Assembly (NCBI RefSeq): GCF_009914755.1
Contig: NC_060939.1
Source: the human T2T-CHM13v2.0 reference genome, Homo sapiens
Direction: 5' to 3' (one strand)
Length of the DNA stretch: 64,000 nt
Shown here: in pieces, positions 41,169 through 54,520 of the stretch
Position numbering within the stretch: position 1 is the stretch's first letter
Layout of the letters: every line of letters starts with the position of its first letter
Notes under the pieces: generated by a model
Told to the model about the DNA's origin: nothing
The model's database searches: none
Seen by the model: the letters and a program-made list of their open reading frames with translations, nothing else
Made by a program: the position numbers and the translations under genes

Positions 41169-41869
41169 AAAGGTTCATGTTCTCAAGGAGGCATACACTA
41201 GTGGAAAGAGACATTAGACAATTAGCCCTAGTAAAAAGTGACACAAAGTCAACCAAATAGAGGTCCCAATAGGATCTTTTTGTTTACCGGAGTTCCAGAC
41301 CCACATATCTTCCACCTGTGCAGGTAGATAAAGTGTCCACCTCCAACTTAGAAAGAATTCCACAAGCACCCAGAACTTCATCACATTCGTTCTCCGGCTT
41401 TGTGATACTCATTTTAACACACACACAAAAATACTAAGTTCAGAGAGGCTATGTGGATTTTCTGAGGTCACACAGTTGTCTCAATGGAAAAAGCAGGGAA
41501 ATGTTATAAAATAATACGAGTATCAAAATAGCTGTCCCATCGTCGTCCTTCAACACTTGCAGGTTACATCATTTTGCAGGTCTGGCTGTGACATCACTTC
41601 TGGATATGCGACACGGCCCACCCCACCACTGAGAAAATGGAAAATGCTGAGCAGTAACCTCAGAAACAACTTCCTCCTGCAAACGCAATTTCTTTTCCGC
41701 CTAAACCTTTACAGCAGGGAAGGTGGGTGTAAGGCGCACCAAAGAGCCTTTCAAAGTAGGAACCCCGGCCTGCAGGTCAGCCTGGATCGTGTCCAAATTG
41801 AGTTCCACCCCTGGTGAAAACCAATCTGTTTATGGGTACGCTTTTCTGATGTTACAGAACGTCTGCGAG

Positions 41870-42625
41870 AGAGGGAGCTCAAGTTCCCGCCTGGTCTCTA
41901 AGTAACCCGGCCCACAAAGGTGCATACACACGTCCGAGACAGAAAAAAGCTTGCCGGTCGTTCCCTCCTCCCAGGCCTGCAATGAAATGCGCTTTAATTG
42001 CATCAAAGGGTTCTTCTCAATGGGGTTTCAGAGGCGCGAGAGCGGCGTTCCCAGCGAGGGTTCCTTTCCGGCTGGCCAGCATTCCTCAGCCCCGCGCGGG
42101 GAAGGGGATGGGGCTCCTTCGGCAGGGCCTGAGGCTCATTTCCATTCCTCTCGCATACAGCCTCTGTTGTGCGGGCCGGGCCTGCAGAGGGTAGCCGCGG
42201 CTGCCTACGAACAAAGCCCCATTCATCCCCAGGGACGCTTCCTCCCCGCCGGCCCGCGGCCGCAGATGGGCTGGCCTGGGCACGCCATCCTGCAACCCGG
42301 GCGCGCGGCCCGGCCTGGCGCGCACAGGGCTCCGATTCAGGACGCCGGGGCTGGCCGGGGCGACCCGGGCTGCTTTTTCAGCAGGCCCCACAATGAGGAT
42401 CGGCTGAAACTCGCTTTCATTTCTGGGCCGGGGACAGGCAGACACTGAGTCCTTTCAGCCGGGAAATCCTCAGTTTACTCACGGCTTGTTGAGAACGAAG
42501 ATGTCAATTTCCACTGCCCTCTCCCGGCCTCCCCCACCCTTGCCCCCTCGGGATGGTACGGTCCGAAGTTTCCCGAGTTGTGAGAGGACTTTGTTTCTCC
42601 TCTGCGGCCTCTGAAATCCCGACGA
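41870..42625. promoter_or_regulatory. CpG island, probable promoter
   Basis: The only markedly GC- and CpG-rich non-Alu stretch (GGCGCGCGGCCCGG, CCGCGG, GCGCGAG); contrasts with CpG-depleted flanks. Confidence 0.85.
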
Positions 42626-42640
42626 AAGGGTCATTTCCTG
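42483..42640 (-). other. Candidate 5' non-coding exon at the CpG island
   Basis: Donor GCC|GTGAGT at 42482; second donor AGG|GTAAGA at 42681; start site not definable from sequence. Confidence 0.45.
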
Positions 42641-43487
42641 ACTTTTGTGTCTCTTCAATCCAGTGCCTTGAAAGTTCTTACCCTCTTGTTGTGACTGAGT
42701 GCATAATTGCAAGGCTGCTCCCTAACTTTTTTTCAGAGCTTTAACATTCCTCTAGGTTCAAGTTTGGGACCGTGGCTTCACAACAAAGACCAGTTTTTTC
42801 CTCCCCCTCCTCACTCCTGGGAAAAAGGAAAAAAGGAAAAGAAAGAAACCAAAACGCGTTTGTTCAGCAACCATGTTCACAGATTTCGAGCACACTTCTT
42901 CTGGCCCCACAGGTTAGACCAACAACAGGTTAATGCCACGGAGAGCTCTAACGCCAAATCAAAGGACTGCAGTCTCACTTTTTCTTAAGTCTCAGGCAGC
43001 TGGGGGAGTTGGGGCGGTGTGTGCTTAATTTCTAGTGCACAATCTAAAACAGAAACAGCCTCCAGATCTAGATTCCTAGGCTCTGGCTTAAACAGGGAAT
43101 GGCAGAATCAAAGAACACCAGATATAGGAAGACTTATCAACCCTAATGCATTCATTTTACAGATAAGAAGCAGATAAGATCTAAGAGGGGAAGAGACTTG
43201 TCCGCCCTCCAAAAGAAGCTGGTTCATCCCAGTAAAAATTGCCTCAAACAAACTTAAAAATAATTTTCAAAAAGAAAACCTCCAAGAAAAAAGTGTTGTT
43301 CAAAAATATGTTTTCTTTTCTCCCTTTGTGTCAGAAAAAGTTTTCTCTGAGTTGGTGGGAAAAGGGTGGGAACCCAGGTTTGAGCTGAGGATTAGAAAAA
43401 AACCTTCAAGTATCTTTCCAAAGAATGCTCTCTGTGTTTCTTTCACTTCCTGCATTTTGAACATTGCTACTCTCTCTCTTCAAAGTA

Positions 43488-43824
43488 CAGTCATTCCCCC
43501 GTATCCGTTGGGATTGGTTCCAGGACACATCCCCACCCATAACCCAAACCCTGGGTGCTGAAGTCCCGTATATAAAATGCAACATATTTGCATATAACCT
43601 ATGCACATCCACCCTTATACTTTACTTCGTCTCTAAATTAACTTACGATGCCTTAAACAATGCCTACACATCACTTGATTCTCCTGGATTCAATGTAGTA
43701 CTTGGCGTGGGACAAATTCAAGGTTTGCTTTTTGGAACTTTGTGGAATTTATTTTCTGAATATTTTTTATCTGCGGTTGGTTGAGTCCATGGATGCAGAA
43801 CTGACGGATACAGAGGGCCGACTG
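43488..43824 (+). mobile_element. MER2-family Tigger MITE
   Basis: TIRs CAGTCATTCCCCCGTATCC / GGATACAGAGGGCCGACTG; TA TSD on both sides. Confidence 0.9.
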
Positions 43825-44004
43825 TATTGCATCCTTGGTGTGGCTAAAAAATACAACGAAATAAAAACTGGTTACTTGCTACTCCAAGACTTCTTTCGTC
43901 CTGCAGGAAAAAACCTTCACAATCTTAAAATGGAGATAGGATTACTTTGCATGGGTTATTTCTAAATGTACAAAATGAATCAGTATACACACAGATAGAG
44001 AGAG

Positions 44005-44235
44005 AGGAGTGCTTGTCATATACCAAGTACCATACTAAGCACTTTACACGCATTCCCTCATTGAATGCTCACAATAGCCTATGAGGAAGATGCTATTACT
44101 ACCCCCATTTTACAGAAAACAGACCAAAGATGAGAGGGGTTAATTTTAACTTTATCAAGGTCACACAGATGTTAAATGGCCAAGTCACACAATGTGACTC
44201 CTGGGCCTGATCTCTTTCACGCTAGGCTTCACTGA
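44005..44235 (-). mobile_element. MIR fragment
   Basis: CTAAGCACTTTACA...TATTACTACCCCCATTTTACAG...CAAGGTCACACAG. Confidence 0.75.
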
Positions 44236-47200
44236 TACTTGAGGCACAAACACGTGGGGACACACTGGACACAGAGGTCTAGACTTGGAAGCCAGGAAAG
44301 CTCCAGCCAAGACATAGGTTTTTGTGTTTCAGCAAGGGAGGGGCTACAATGGCATGCCTGAAGGCCACAGGAGGGAGAATCTGCCTCATCCTACCCCACT
44401 TGGAAAGAAAGAAGGCCATGTGAGGACCTGCTAATTTCACACCGAAACTCTCTTTTGAGAAAGCAAAAGAGTGTGAATTCAGTCACTCCCTATTCTGAGC
44501 GGTCTTGTGATTTTATCTTTTAAACAATGCTCTGTAAACAATCGTGTCAAACCTTGCTAGTTGTCACGGCAAAGGGGACAAGACAGTGCTTAATTATACT
44601 GCTAATAAAATGTGCAGCCTATAATTGACACACATCACTTTTCCCCCATAACTCATTAGCCAAAACTAATACACCACCTCAACTACGATAAGTCCAGGAA
44701 ATGAATTCCAGCCCTGTGCCCAGAATAGGGGACAAGAAGGACTAAAAATGCATGGTAACCAGCCCTAGTGATGACCATGACGCTCAATAAACACTGCTCT
44801 TCTTCCGATGAATGGCGAATACCAGTCCTTTTTTATAACTTCCTATTTTATAGCTAGTCCATGAGACTTTAGAGCAGCTCTCATGTGGAAGGCTCTGTAA
44901 TCTCAGGAGTCATGCGTGTCATGACAAGATTCAACAAGAGCTTCTGGCTGCACCAGGCTACAAAGGCGTTCTCTTGCTTCTTATGAGCTCCACCATCCCA
45001 GAAGAGGAAAAAATGAAAATAAAGTCTTAAGGAAAATGGTCTGCTTTGGCATACCCAACTTGAAGATCATTGTGGGAGGGAGCAGGAAATATTCAAATAA
45101 AAGCAAAAGCAAATTTTGACCACAGAACTAAGAAAGTCTGTAGGAAAGATGCTGGAGTGACAGGAAACATCACTGACATTTTCATTTTCTCTCACATCAG
45201 ATTTGCCCAGCTGTGTCTTATGGAAATGATTCTTAACCTCTCCTCAATATTTCCCAAACGAACTTGCCTTTGTTTTGGTGTTTTCTGAGCAATTCAAAGC
45301 TCATCTGGAGTTAATACGATACATACTTTGTTCATTGACTGACCTGTGTAGAAATGCCGATCAACTTCTCTCTTTTTTGACTTCTGCTTAACTTCAGACT
45401 CAAATTATCCTATCCTATTCTTATCTGATCATTCCTCGATTGTTGGGCATTGTAGATTGTTACTAATTTTTAAAAATCATACGTATAAAAAGAAGCACTA
45501 AAATAAATATTCTGGTACATAAAATCTCTCTCTGCGTATATAATTGTCTCCGGAGACTGGAATCACTCAGTAAAATTGTGCAAATTTTGCTCCAGAAAAG
45601 CACCCTGACCCGTGTCTTTACCTCTACTTGTAGAAAGACCACACAAAGGGAGTAGCTGCTGAAGAGAAACAGCATCACCTGGAGTTATGGGAATTACCTG
45701 GCCTTTGTGTTTCATGGACGACAGTGGAATTCAATTCTTCAGGAATATTGTTCAGGACGGTATATATGTCTCAAGATTTCCCTATTTACAAAATGTAGCA
45801 TAAAAGTGGCCTGATTTTAAATGACTATACAACCACATAGCAACAGACTGCTTATGATCCAGTAAGTGAAAAAAGTGGACCCTACAATGACAATCAAATT
45901 TTTTTTAAATGCTGGCAAAAAGGAATGTCAAATACAACCTCAAAGTATCAATGTGTGCAGATAATAGGAATGTTTTTTTCTTGAATCTTCCAAAATTTTA
46001 GAATATGATGAGATTGGTTTATAATGATGTAAAAAAAAAAAAGTTGCATAAAGGACACATCTGATGAGAATGTGAGCTGGGAAAGCTGTGTCACAGCTGC
46101 ACTTTCAGAAGTAGCCGGCCATTGTTGCACTGGAGCCAGCCCCAGTTGCCTGGATGTAGAGGCCACATTTGGCATCCCCAGGGTTTTCATGTAGCTACTT
46201 CCTCTCCCCACAAACAGGCAACCACCCGGGCGGCTAAGCCAACAATGCAATGTCGTGCTTCATCACCAGACCTGACTGGGAGGCCCGCTGCAGGCCCCAG
46301 ACCTCCTCCGAGAGAGCGGACTAAACTCGCAGGGGTGTTTCAGAGCAAAATGGTTTCAAAGCAAGAAACCTTTTAGAACAAACAGGAAACGAGCCCCTCA
46401 AACCCAAACCATGTGGAAAGATAGGCCACATGATTTAAACAAACCAACAAGAATACAAGTTTGTATAAATACCCTGGTACTTGCGCATTTCTAAAAATCA
46501 TTGCAGTCCAATTGGGAAAAACCTGTTTAAGAAACATTTATTAAGAACCTTCATAGGCCAGGCATTGTGTTCATCTTAAGGTTTCAAATTAAATAACATC
46601 TCAGCCCTCCTGGGACACCCATTCTACCGAAAGAGATACACATGCAAATAATGAATCAAGCCTGGCAATATGAAAATTTTAATAAAAAAGGCAACGCATG
46701 CCTCTATCTTAACAGAAAAGGAAACTAAAAGGGCCCACTAGATTTAGCAATTAAGTAAAAAATTCCTAGGCTAGGGGATGAAAGATGCAGTGAATTGAGG
46801 AGGTAAGGTAATGGAGACGAAATAAACACTATTCTCTCAAGAAGCTTAGCTGAGAGGAAAAGAGAAAAGACAGGAGGATAACAGGTTAAGTTGGAATTCA
46901 GGATTCATGAGGCTATTTTCCCTAGTGGGAGAGGTGTGAATACGTTTGTAGAGTGAGAGGAAGATTTCAAGGTAGAAGTTGAAGATACAAGACAGGGACG
47001 ATGGAAGGGGATGGCGTTCAGCACATATTTAACTAGTACAAGCTTTTCCTCTTGGAATTTTTACCCTACCAACCAGAAACACAACGTTTCTGCCTGTATA
47101 AAGAGCTCATCTTTTCCAGCTTTTCACCTTGCATGGTTTTAGCAGGACATTAGATGTATGATCCTGTCTTATGTAAATCTGGAATTTTAAAAAATAACAA

Positions 47201-48571
47201 AGATCATTTAGAATTTACGAATTTTTGTCTACTCTAAAAGGAAACAAATTTATAGCTATTTCATACTTCCCTTTGCATTTTCTTTCTTCCTCAAGATCAT
47301 TACGTAAATGATGCGACTTCCAAGTTGTAAGAAACAAAGATGCACTGCAAATCACTGAGTCGAGAGAAACCCCGTTATCCATAAGTTAGTTTGATGAAGA
47401 AAAAGGGAAGCATTACCAGGGAGAATATTATATTTTTCTTTTCTTTTTGAAGTGTTTGAGATTTTAGTTACATTTCCTTTTAACTTATTTTAAATTATTT
47501 ATTTTTTCAAAATTCACTGGTTTATCACAAATGTGCATCTGTTCACCAAACATGGATAAAATCAAAAGAATGAAAATATTTCTTAATAGAAATAATACTT
47601 TTTCCATGCATTAGTTGCTTTGCTTTTTTCTTCAGTTAATCAAAATTAATGTTGGTTTCCTAAAAACAGATGTTTGAGTGGAAAAGACAATAATAAAATG
47701 AAATAATCCTTTGCAATGAATTTTTTCAAGTCTTTCAAATATGAAACTTTCTGCAGAGTTCTAGTGGTCAAAGGAAATTACAGGATACAGGGTCTAGTCA
47801 GCTTGAATAGCAAATCTTATTTTATCCATTCTTGATCTTTTAGAGATAATGTTACAATCTAAAAATGAACACTTCCTGTTGCTGTGAACAGTAGACTGCC
47901 CATCGTTGCTAACATACAAGATATTTATTATTTCACTTCACACAGAACCAGGACCCAAACTAGCACTGATAAACGAAGTGGCCATGGAATCTGGAGTGGA
48001 AGCAGAGAGCTGAAAATACCACTGTCTTTTTTCAGATGGTAATTGTGTGTCTGAAAAGTACATAAATATTGTTTTCCTTTTCATTGCATTTTTGCTTTAA
48101 ATACATTGTATTAGGTTGATCTTCAATTAACAGTCTTTTTTGATAATTTAGCCAGTTTTTCTCTCCCCAGCTTCCTCCTATGTTGTTTAGTAAGATATTG
48201 TCTGTAAATAAATAGTGTGGTGTCAGGGAAGGACAGAAGCATTTTAGAGAAACCCTTCAAGGAGTTATTTTGCAAAGCAAGAAAATTCTTGTTAGGTGAA
48301 TAACCATCCCCTTTATTTACTATTTTGAAATTTGGGGTCTTCTATATTATGTTTTCTTAAAACAGAGCATTCCTGAATAGAAGAAGCCTATCAAAGAAAC
48401 CTTCAACTCTGCCATTTCTGAAAACATAAAAACCCAAATGTGACTTATCACATCAGTACAGCATAAAGAATTTGGTCAAATTTAATGAAAATGGTCATAA
48501 GAAAAAAGATGGACAGAATAGAAAGCAGGAATCAATTATTTTACCACGTGGAAGCAACCTATGGTCTGGGC

Positions 48572-48793
48572 CGGGGATTGGCACACTACAGCCGTGGGCC
48601 AAGTGCAGCCTTCCACCTGTTTTTGTAAATAAAGTTTTATTGGAATGCAGCCACACACATTCGCTTATGTATTCTCTATGGCCATTTTTGTGCCACAGTG
48701 ACAGAGTTGGGGAGCTGCCACAAAGGCCATATGGCCTGCAAAGCCTAAAATATTTACTCTCTGGCCCTTTATGGAAAAGGTTCGCTGAAGCTG
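48572..48793 (+). mobile_element. MER58A (hAT-Charlie MITE)
   Basis: GGCACACTACAGCCGTGGGCCAA...TTTTGTAAATAAAGTTTTATTGGAA...GCCTAAAATATTTACTCTCTGGCCCTTTA. Confidence 0.9.
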
Positions 48794-49577
48794 GTCTAAA
48801 GGAGCATGAGGGCTGATGTCTGTTGGAAACATTACATAAACAATTACAAAATCTTTTAGACCTGTGGCTCAAAGAATGTCTGTACCTTTACCCAGAAAAA
48901 AAAGAGCAATTCAAAACTTATTTAGATAAACAATTGTTTCTTAAACTTTTAAATTGTCTGTTCCTGGCAACTGTAATAAGAAGTAGTAACTCCTTTTCTA
49001 ATGCACTTTGAAAATTCATCTTTAAAAAGTATGGTTTGCCTTCCCATACCACTTTAGAATGTTAAGAGCCTCATCTAATGCTATATATATATACATATTT
49101 TGGTCAAAGTGGTTTCTTCCCCCACGTAATGCTCAGTTCTATTTTCAACATTTATCCTTCTATGTGAGGTTCTTCCTTCTAAACAATAGCTAATATCTTA
49201 GCCCACTTAGCTATTATCTCTATCCTTGGGCTCCTTTCAGTGTATTTGGGTTGGAGTTTTTTTTTTCTAGTGTATCTCTGGAAGTGTACTTGTCTATATT
49301 TATTCTGCAGATGACTAGTTCAGTGTGCTTCATTTTACTTCCTTCCTTAATAAACTATTTGTCAACAGTGTTTATTTTTTCCTCTCACCCTTTATCCTGT
49401 TGCAGTTATTTTTAAGGTGCTACTGATTCCCTGACACCCAAAATGCAAGGTAGAATATGTGACTTCAACTTCTCACACAGATTGTCAAAGGATCACATTA
49501 ATCTTTGTTTCTCCTAAGGTAATTTCCACTGTTGTCATTCTCTGAAAAACCTGCCTGCTTATTAAAGGTCCTTTCTA

Positions 49578-49868
49578 ATTGGGCACGGGTGGCTTATGCC
49601 TGTAATCCCAGCACTTTGGAGGCCAAGGCAGGCAAATCACCTGAGGTCAGGAGTTCAAGACCAGCCTGGACAACACAGTAAAACCCCGTCTTTACTAAAA
49701 ATACAAAAGTTAGCCAAGTGTGGTGGTACAAGCTTGTAACCCCGGTTACTCAGGAGGTTGAGGTGAGAGGATCGCTTGAACCTGGGAGGCAGAGGCTGCA
49801 GTGAGCTGAGATTGTGCCACTGCATTCCAGCCTGGATAACAGAGCAAGACTTGACTCAAAAAAAAAAA
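49578..49868 (+). mobile_element. Alu (S-type)
   Basis: Dimeric Alu with A tail. Confidence 0.93.
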
Positions 49869-50804
49869 ATTGTTGGATGAAAACTAGTACACATGTAATT
49901 ATTTCTTCTTAATAATCATTGCCAAAGCCAAAACCTTTCCAGATGGCTTCCAGAAACCTTGCCTTTCCCACATTTGAGAAAGTCCCCAAATAATAGCTTT
50001 CAAGGACTAAACTGCTTCTATTGATCTATAGGTCCCTACCGAGAGATAGTTTTACAAAGATTTCCATTGCCTTCACAGTTTTAGAAATGATGACTTTGCT
50101 TTTATCCCTGAAAGAGCCCATATTTTGAAATTCAATACTACACTTATCTTATTTAAAAGATTAGTAAGAGTCTTAGAAGAATTTGTGTGCCTCCCTGATA
50201 AGGAAGCCTGTGATATGCCCCCACATAGTCCTTGAAACAACATCCTGGTTTTTGAAATAAAATTTTTATACGGATAGAATATCAACCTACCCCCAATACA
50301 TTTCAGAAAGATGAACAATCCCAGCTTCTTTACTTCCTCTAAGATGCTGATAGCAAGCAAATGTTGCAAGACTGCATGGCCTTTTTAGACCACAATTTAT
50401 GTTGCTAATAGGCACATTGAAAACATTAAGACAGAAATATTTCATATTTTGCTGAATTGTAAAATCTGTCATTTGTTTTGGTATGATTCAATTTACTTTA
50501 TAATATCTCGTTTGCCTCTGGTATTTAATAAATACTCTATTACCAACTAAGAACAATTTTAGAAAATACTACAAAATAAGAGAAAACTAAATTCTTTATT
50601 CCCTCTCTGGCAATATCCAATACTTCATCTCAGTTAGATCTATACAAAAACAATACCTGAAGTATCAAAGATTGATAATTTTTTATTGCAGCCAGCAAAG
50701 CCCCATAAAGAACCAAGTGTAGGCTAGGTACATCTAAAGAAGCAAAAGATGATAGACCCCAGATGTGGTCAGACTGGCAAAATTCATCACAAAAGCAATA
50801 TAAA

Positions 50805-51010
50805 GAACCAGACTCTAGAATCAGGTAGACCTGGGTTTGCATCCCTCCCCCATTGTTACCAGCTTTGCCAGCTTGGGCAAATTATTTAACCTTTTTAAAT
50901 GTTAGATTCCCTCTCTGTAAGGTAGTAATAATAATGGTGCACACCTTAAAGCGTTATCCTGTGAGTAAAATGAGACAATAAATTAATTATCTCAGTCCCT
51001 CAAACATAGT
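50805..51010 (+). mobile_element. MIR fragment
   Basis: AGACCTGGGTTTGCATCCC...TTGGGCAAATTATTTAACCT...CTGTAAGG. Confidence 0.7.
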
Positions 51011-51017
51011 AAACTGC

Positions 51018-51890
<873 letters not shown>

Positions 51891-52372
51891 TGTTTACTGC
51901 TGTGATAAACTAGTAAACTGACTTAGTAAATTCAACTGTCTTCAGCATTATCACTATACTCATCATCATCTATTCAGGACATCTTAATCTGAATTGAGTT
52001 TATTATCTTTGGAGGAATAAAGAATTTCAGATTTCTAAGATCAGCAATTTAGCAGGCAGATACACATTACACAAGTATTTATTGAGCACCTGTATACACT
52101 TTGTTCTTTTTTAGGTGCTGAACATTGATAACAGTAAGTGACTAAGGCGCTCCCTGCCTTCAAGAAACTCATGTTCTAGTAGATAGAAGAGGAGACTTCA
52201 GAAAGAATGGTAAACACATCAAATGTTAAGGAAACCTGGACAATATTAGGGCTTTTATACTGAAGTTGTGAGCCTACTGAGAAATTTCTTCTATTGAATA
52301 CATCGTGAAAATTCTTAGTCTTGATTGTCAAAGATTAAAGAAAATACGATTAGAAAATAGCACAGTGCATGA

Positions 52373-52864
<492 letters not shown>

Positions 52865-54429
52865 AAAACCCTGAATACATCAGTGATTATTTTTACTCCT
52901 CTAGGGAACTTCATCTCCCTTTTCCTGCCATATGCCTTCAACCTTGGTTTTCAATGGAGAGTCTCATTATTAAGCTAGATTAGGGTTCAACAAGAGTGTT
53001 CCTACTCTTGTCTGGAGCTGTTTGAAATGATTAGCTCATAAAGCAATGTGATCAGCCTTTAGCTTAAAACTCCACCTAAGCAAATTCTTACAGTATAGGA
53101 TTACACATCCAGGACCCTAAAATTCAGCAGATCTTTTTTACCATCACTTTGGAGGTAAGTCAATAGATATCTATTATAATTCTGAAGTAGTCTGAAAATC
53201 CCTGGACATTGCAAGGATATTCTAAGGACATACTTGGCATCTTAAGGGATAAACCCACAGCCTCAGGGCAATGAAGGGAATGTAGCACTATGCCAGATAT
53301 CATGAGGACACAACAGGCCGCAGGAGCCCAGCATCAATTGATTATGTACAGAACTCTGGCTAGAAGTGGGGAATCAAAAGCTCCAACAAATAATTTATCA
53401 TGAAAGTTAAAATTGAGGAGAAATGTGGGATTAAATACAAAAAGGAAGATCCATTCTATGCATAAAGGAATGAGGATGGAAGCTTATTGAAGCCATGAGC
53501 CATCATCGTTTCAGCTGAACATTGATTAGGCACCTATTATATGCCAAACACATATCCTGTCTAGATTCTAGAAATATATAGAAAAATAGAGTATGAGTAG
53601 AATATGAGCTTCAGGCAGACTGACCAACCAAAGGAAATGATCAAAAGCAAAAGTTGGGTCAGTCAGAAATCAAAATGCAGGAAGCTGGCTGGTGTTATAC
53701 CACAAAGTGTGCTGTTTTTACATGGTATAGAGTCAGTTCCTCTGGTTGAGCCTTCCTTGACCACAGGCAATTAGTCATTGCTTCCTCCATCCCTACAGCT
53801 CTCTGTTCTTACCTCTACTGGAGAATTTATCCTGTTCTACCTCTTTTACTTTTTTATTTTCTTTTCAACAGAATTTGTAAGTCTCAATGTTCTACCTCTT
53901 TATGTTTGCTTTTCCCTAGATTGTATCTTCAACCCCTAGCACAAACCTTGGCATATAGGAGACATGTAATAAATGTGTTTCCATGATAAGCTTGAATCAA
54001 TTAATAAAAGAGGAAAGTAACGTGCCTTGTTTGAAACCTCTCTTTAAGGCCACAGGTCTTGTCCTGCTGTATTAGAAAAGGCTGTTCTAAGAAAAAGGTC
54101 TGAGTTAGAATGAAGTACATCCTTCACTCATCTTACAAAACCCTCTTTAAATTTCTTTAATACATAACTTGATGTAACACTGCAGAACTCTATAACTAAG
54201 TTAATGGCAATTCCAATTTAATAATTTTATTTATCAAGAAAGCTATAGGAAATAAAATCTTTCCATTACAGTAACAATTGGTTTGTCTATTGTACACTTC
54301 TTAAGGGCAAAAATTAAAAAGCATGTTTAAGGGAAAATAAAAGTTAGACATTTCAAGAAAATTGATATACCGTGAACCTCATCTTTCTATATGATGGTTT
54401 TCATATTCACTCGAAGAATGGGATTTAAC

Positions 54430-54520
54430 TCTCTTCTCTCTCTCTCTCATTGTCTCTCCCCACCTCTCTCGCACGTGTGCGCGCTCACACACCCACACCC
54501 ACCCACACACACAGACACTG
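54430..54520. repeat. (TC)n followed by a CG/CA alternating tract
   Basis: CTCTCTCGCACGTGTGCGCGCTCACACACCCACAC... Confidence 0.85.

Noticed and set aside
41803-41818. CTCF-like TCACCAGGGGTGG on minus
   Set aside because: Deviates from the core GGGGC positions; cannot be supported without PWM scoring or ChIP data.
41951-42448. 165-aa and overlapping ORFs in the CpG island
   Set aside because: Stop-codon scarcity in GC-rich DNA; non-ATG start, G/A/P/R-rich, no recognisable domain.
48029-48057. Short hairpin with a superficial miR-29-like TTTCAGATGGT
   Set aside because: Stem of only 8-9 bp, and the match does not extend to a mature miRNA.
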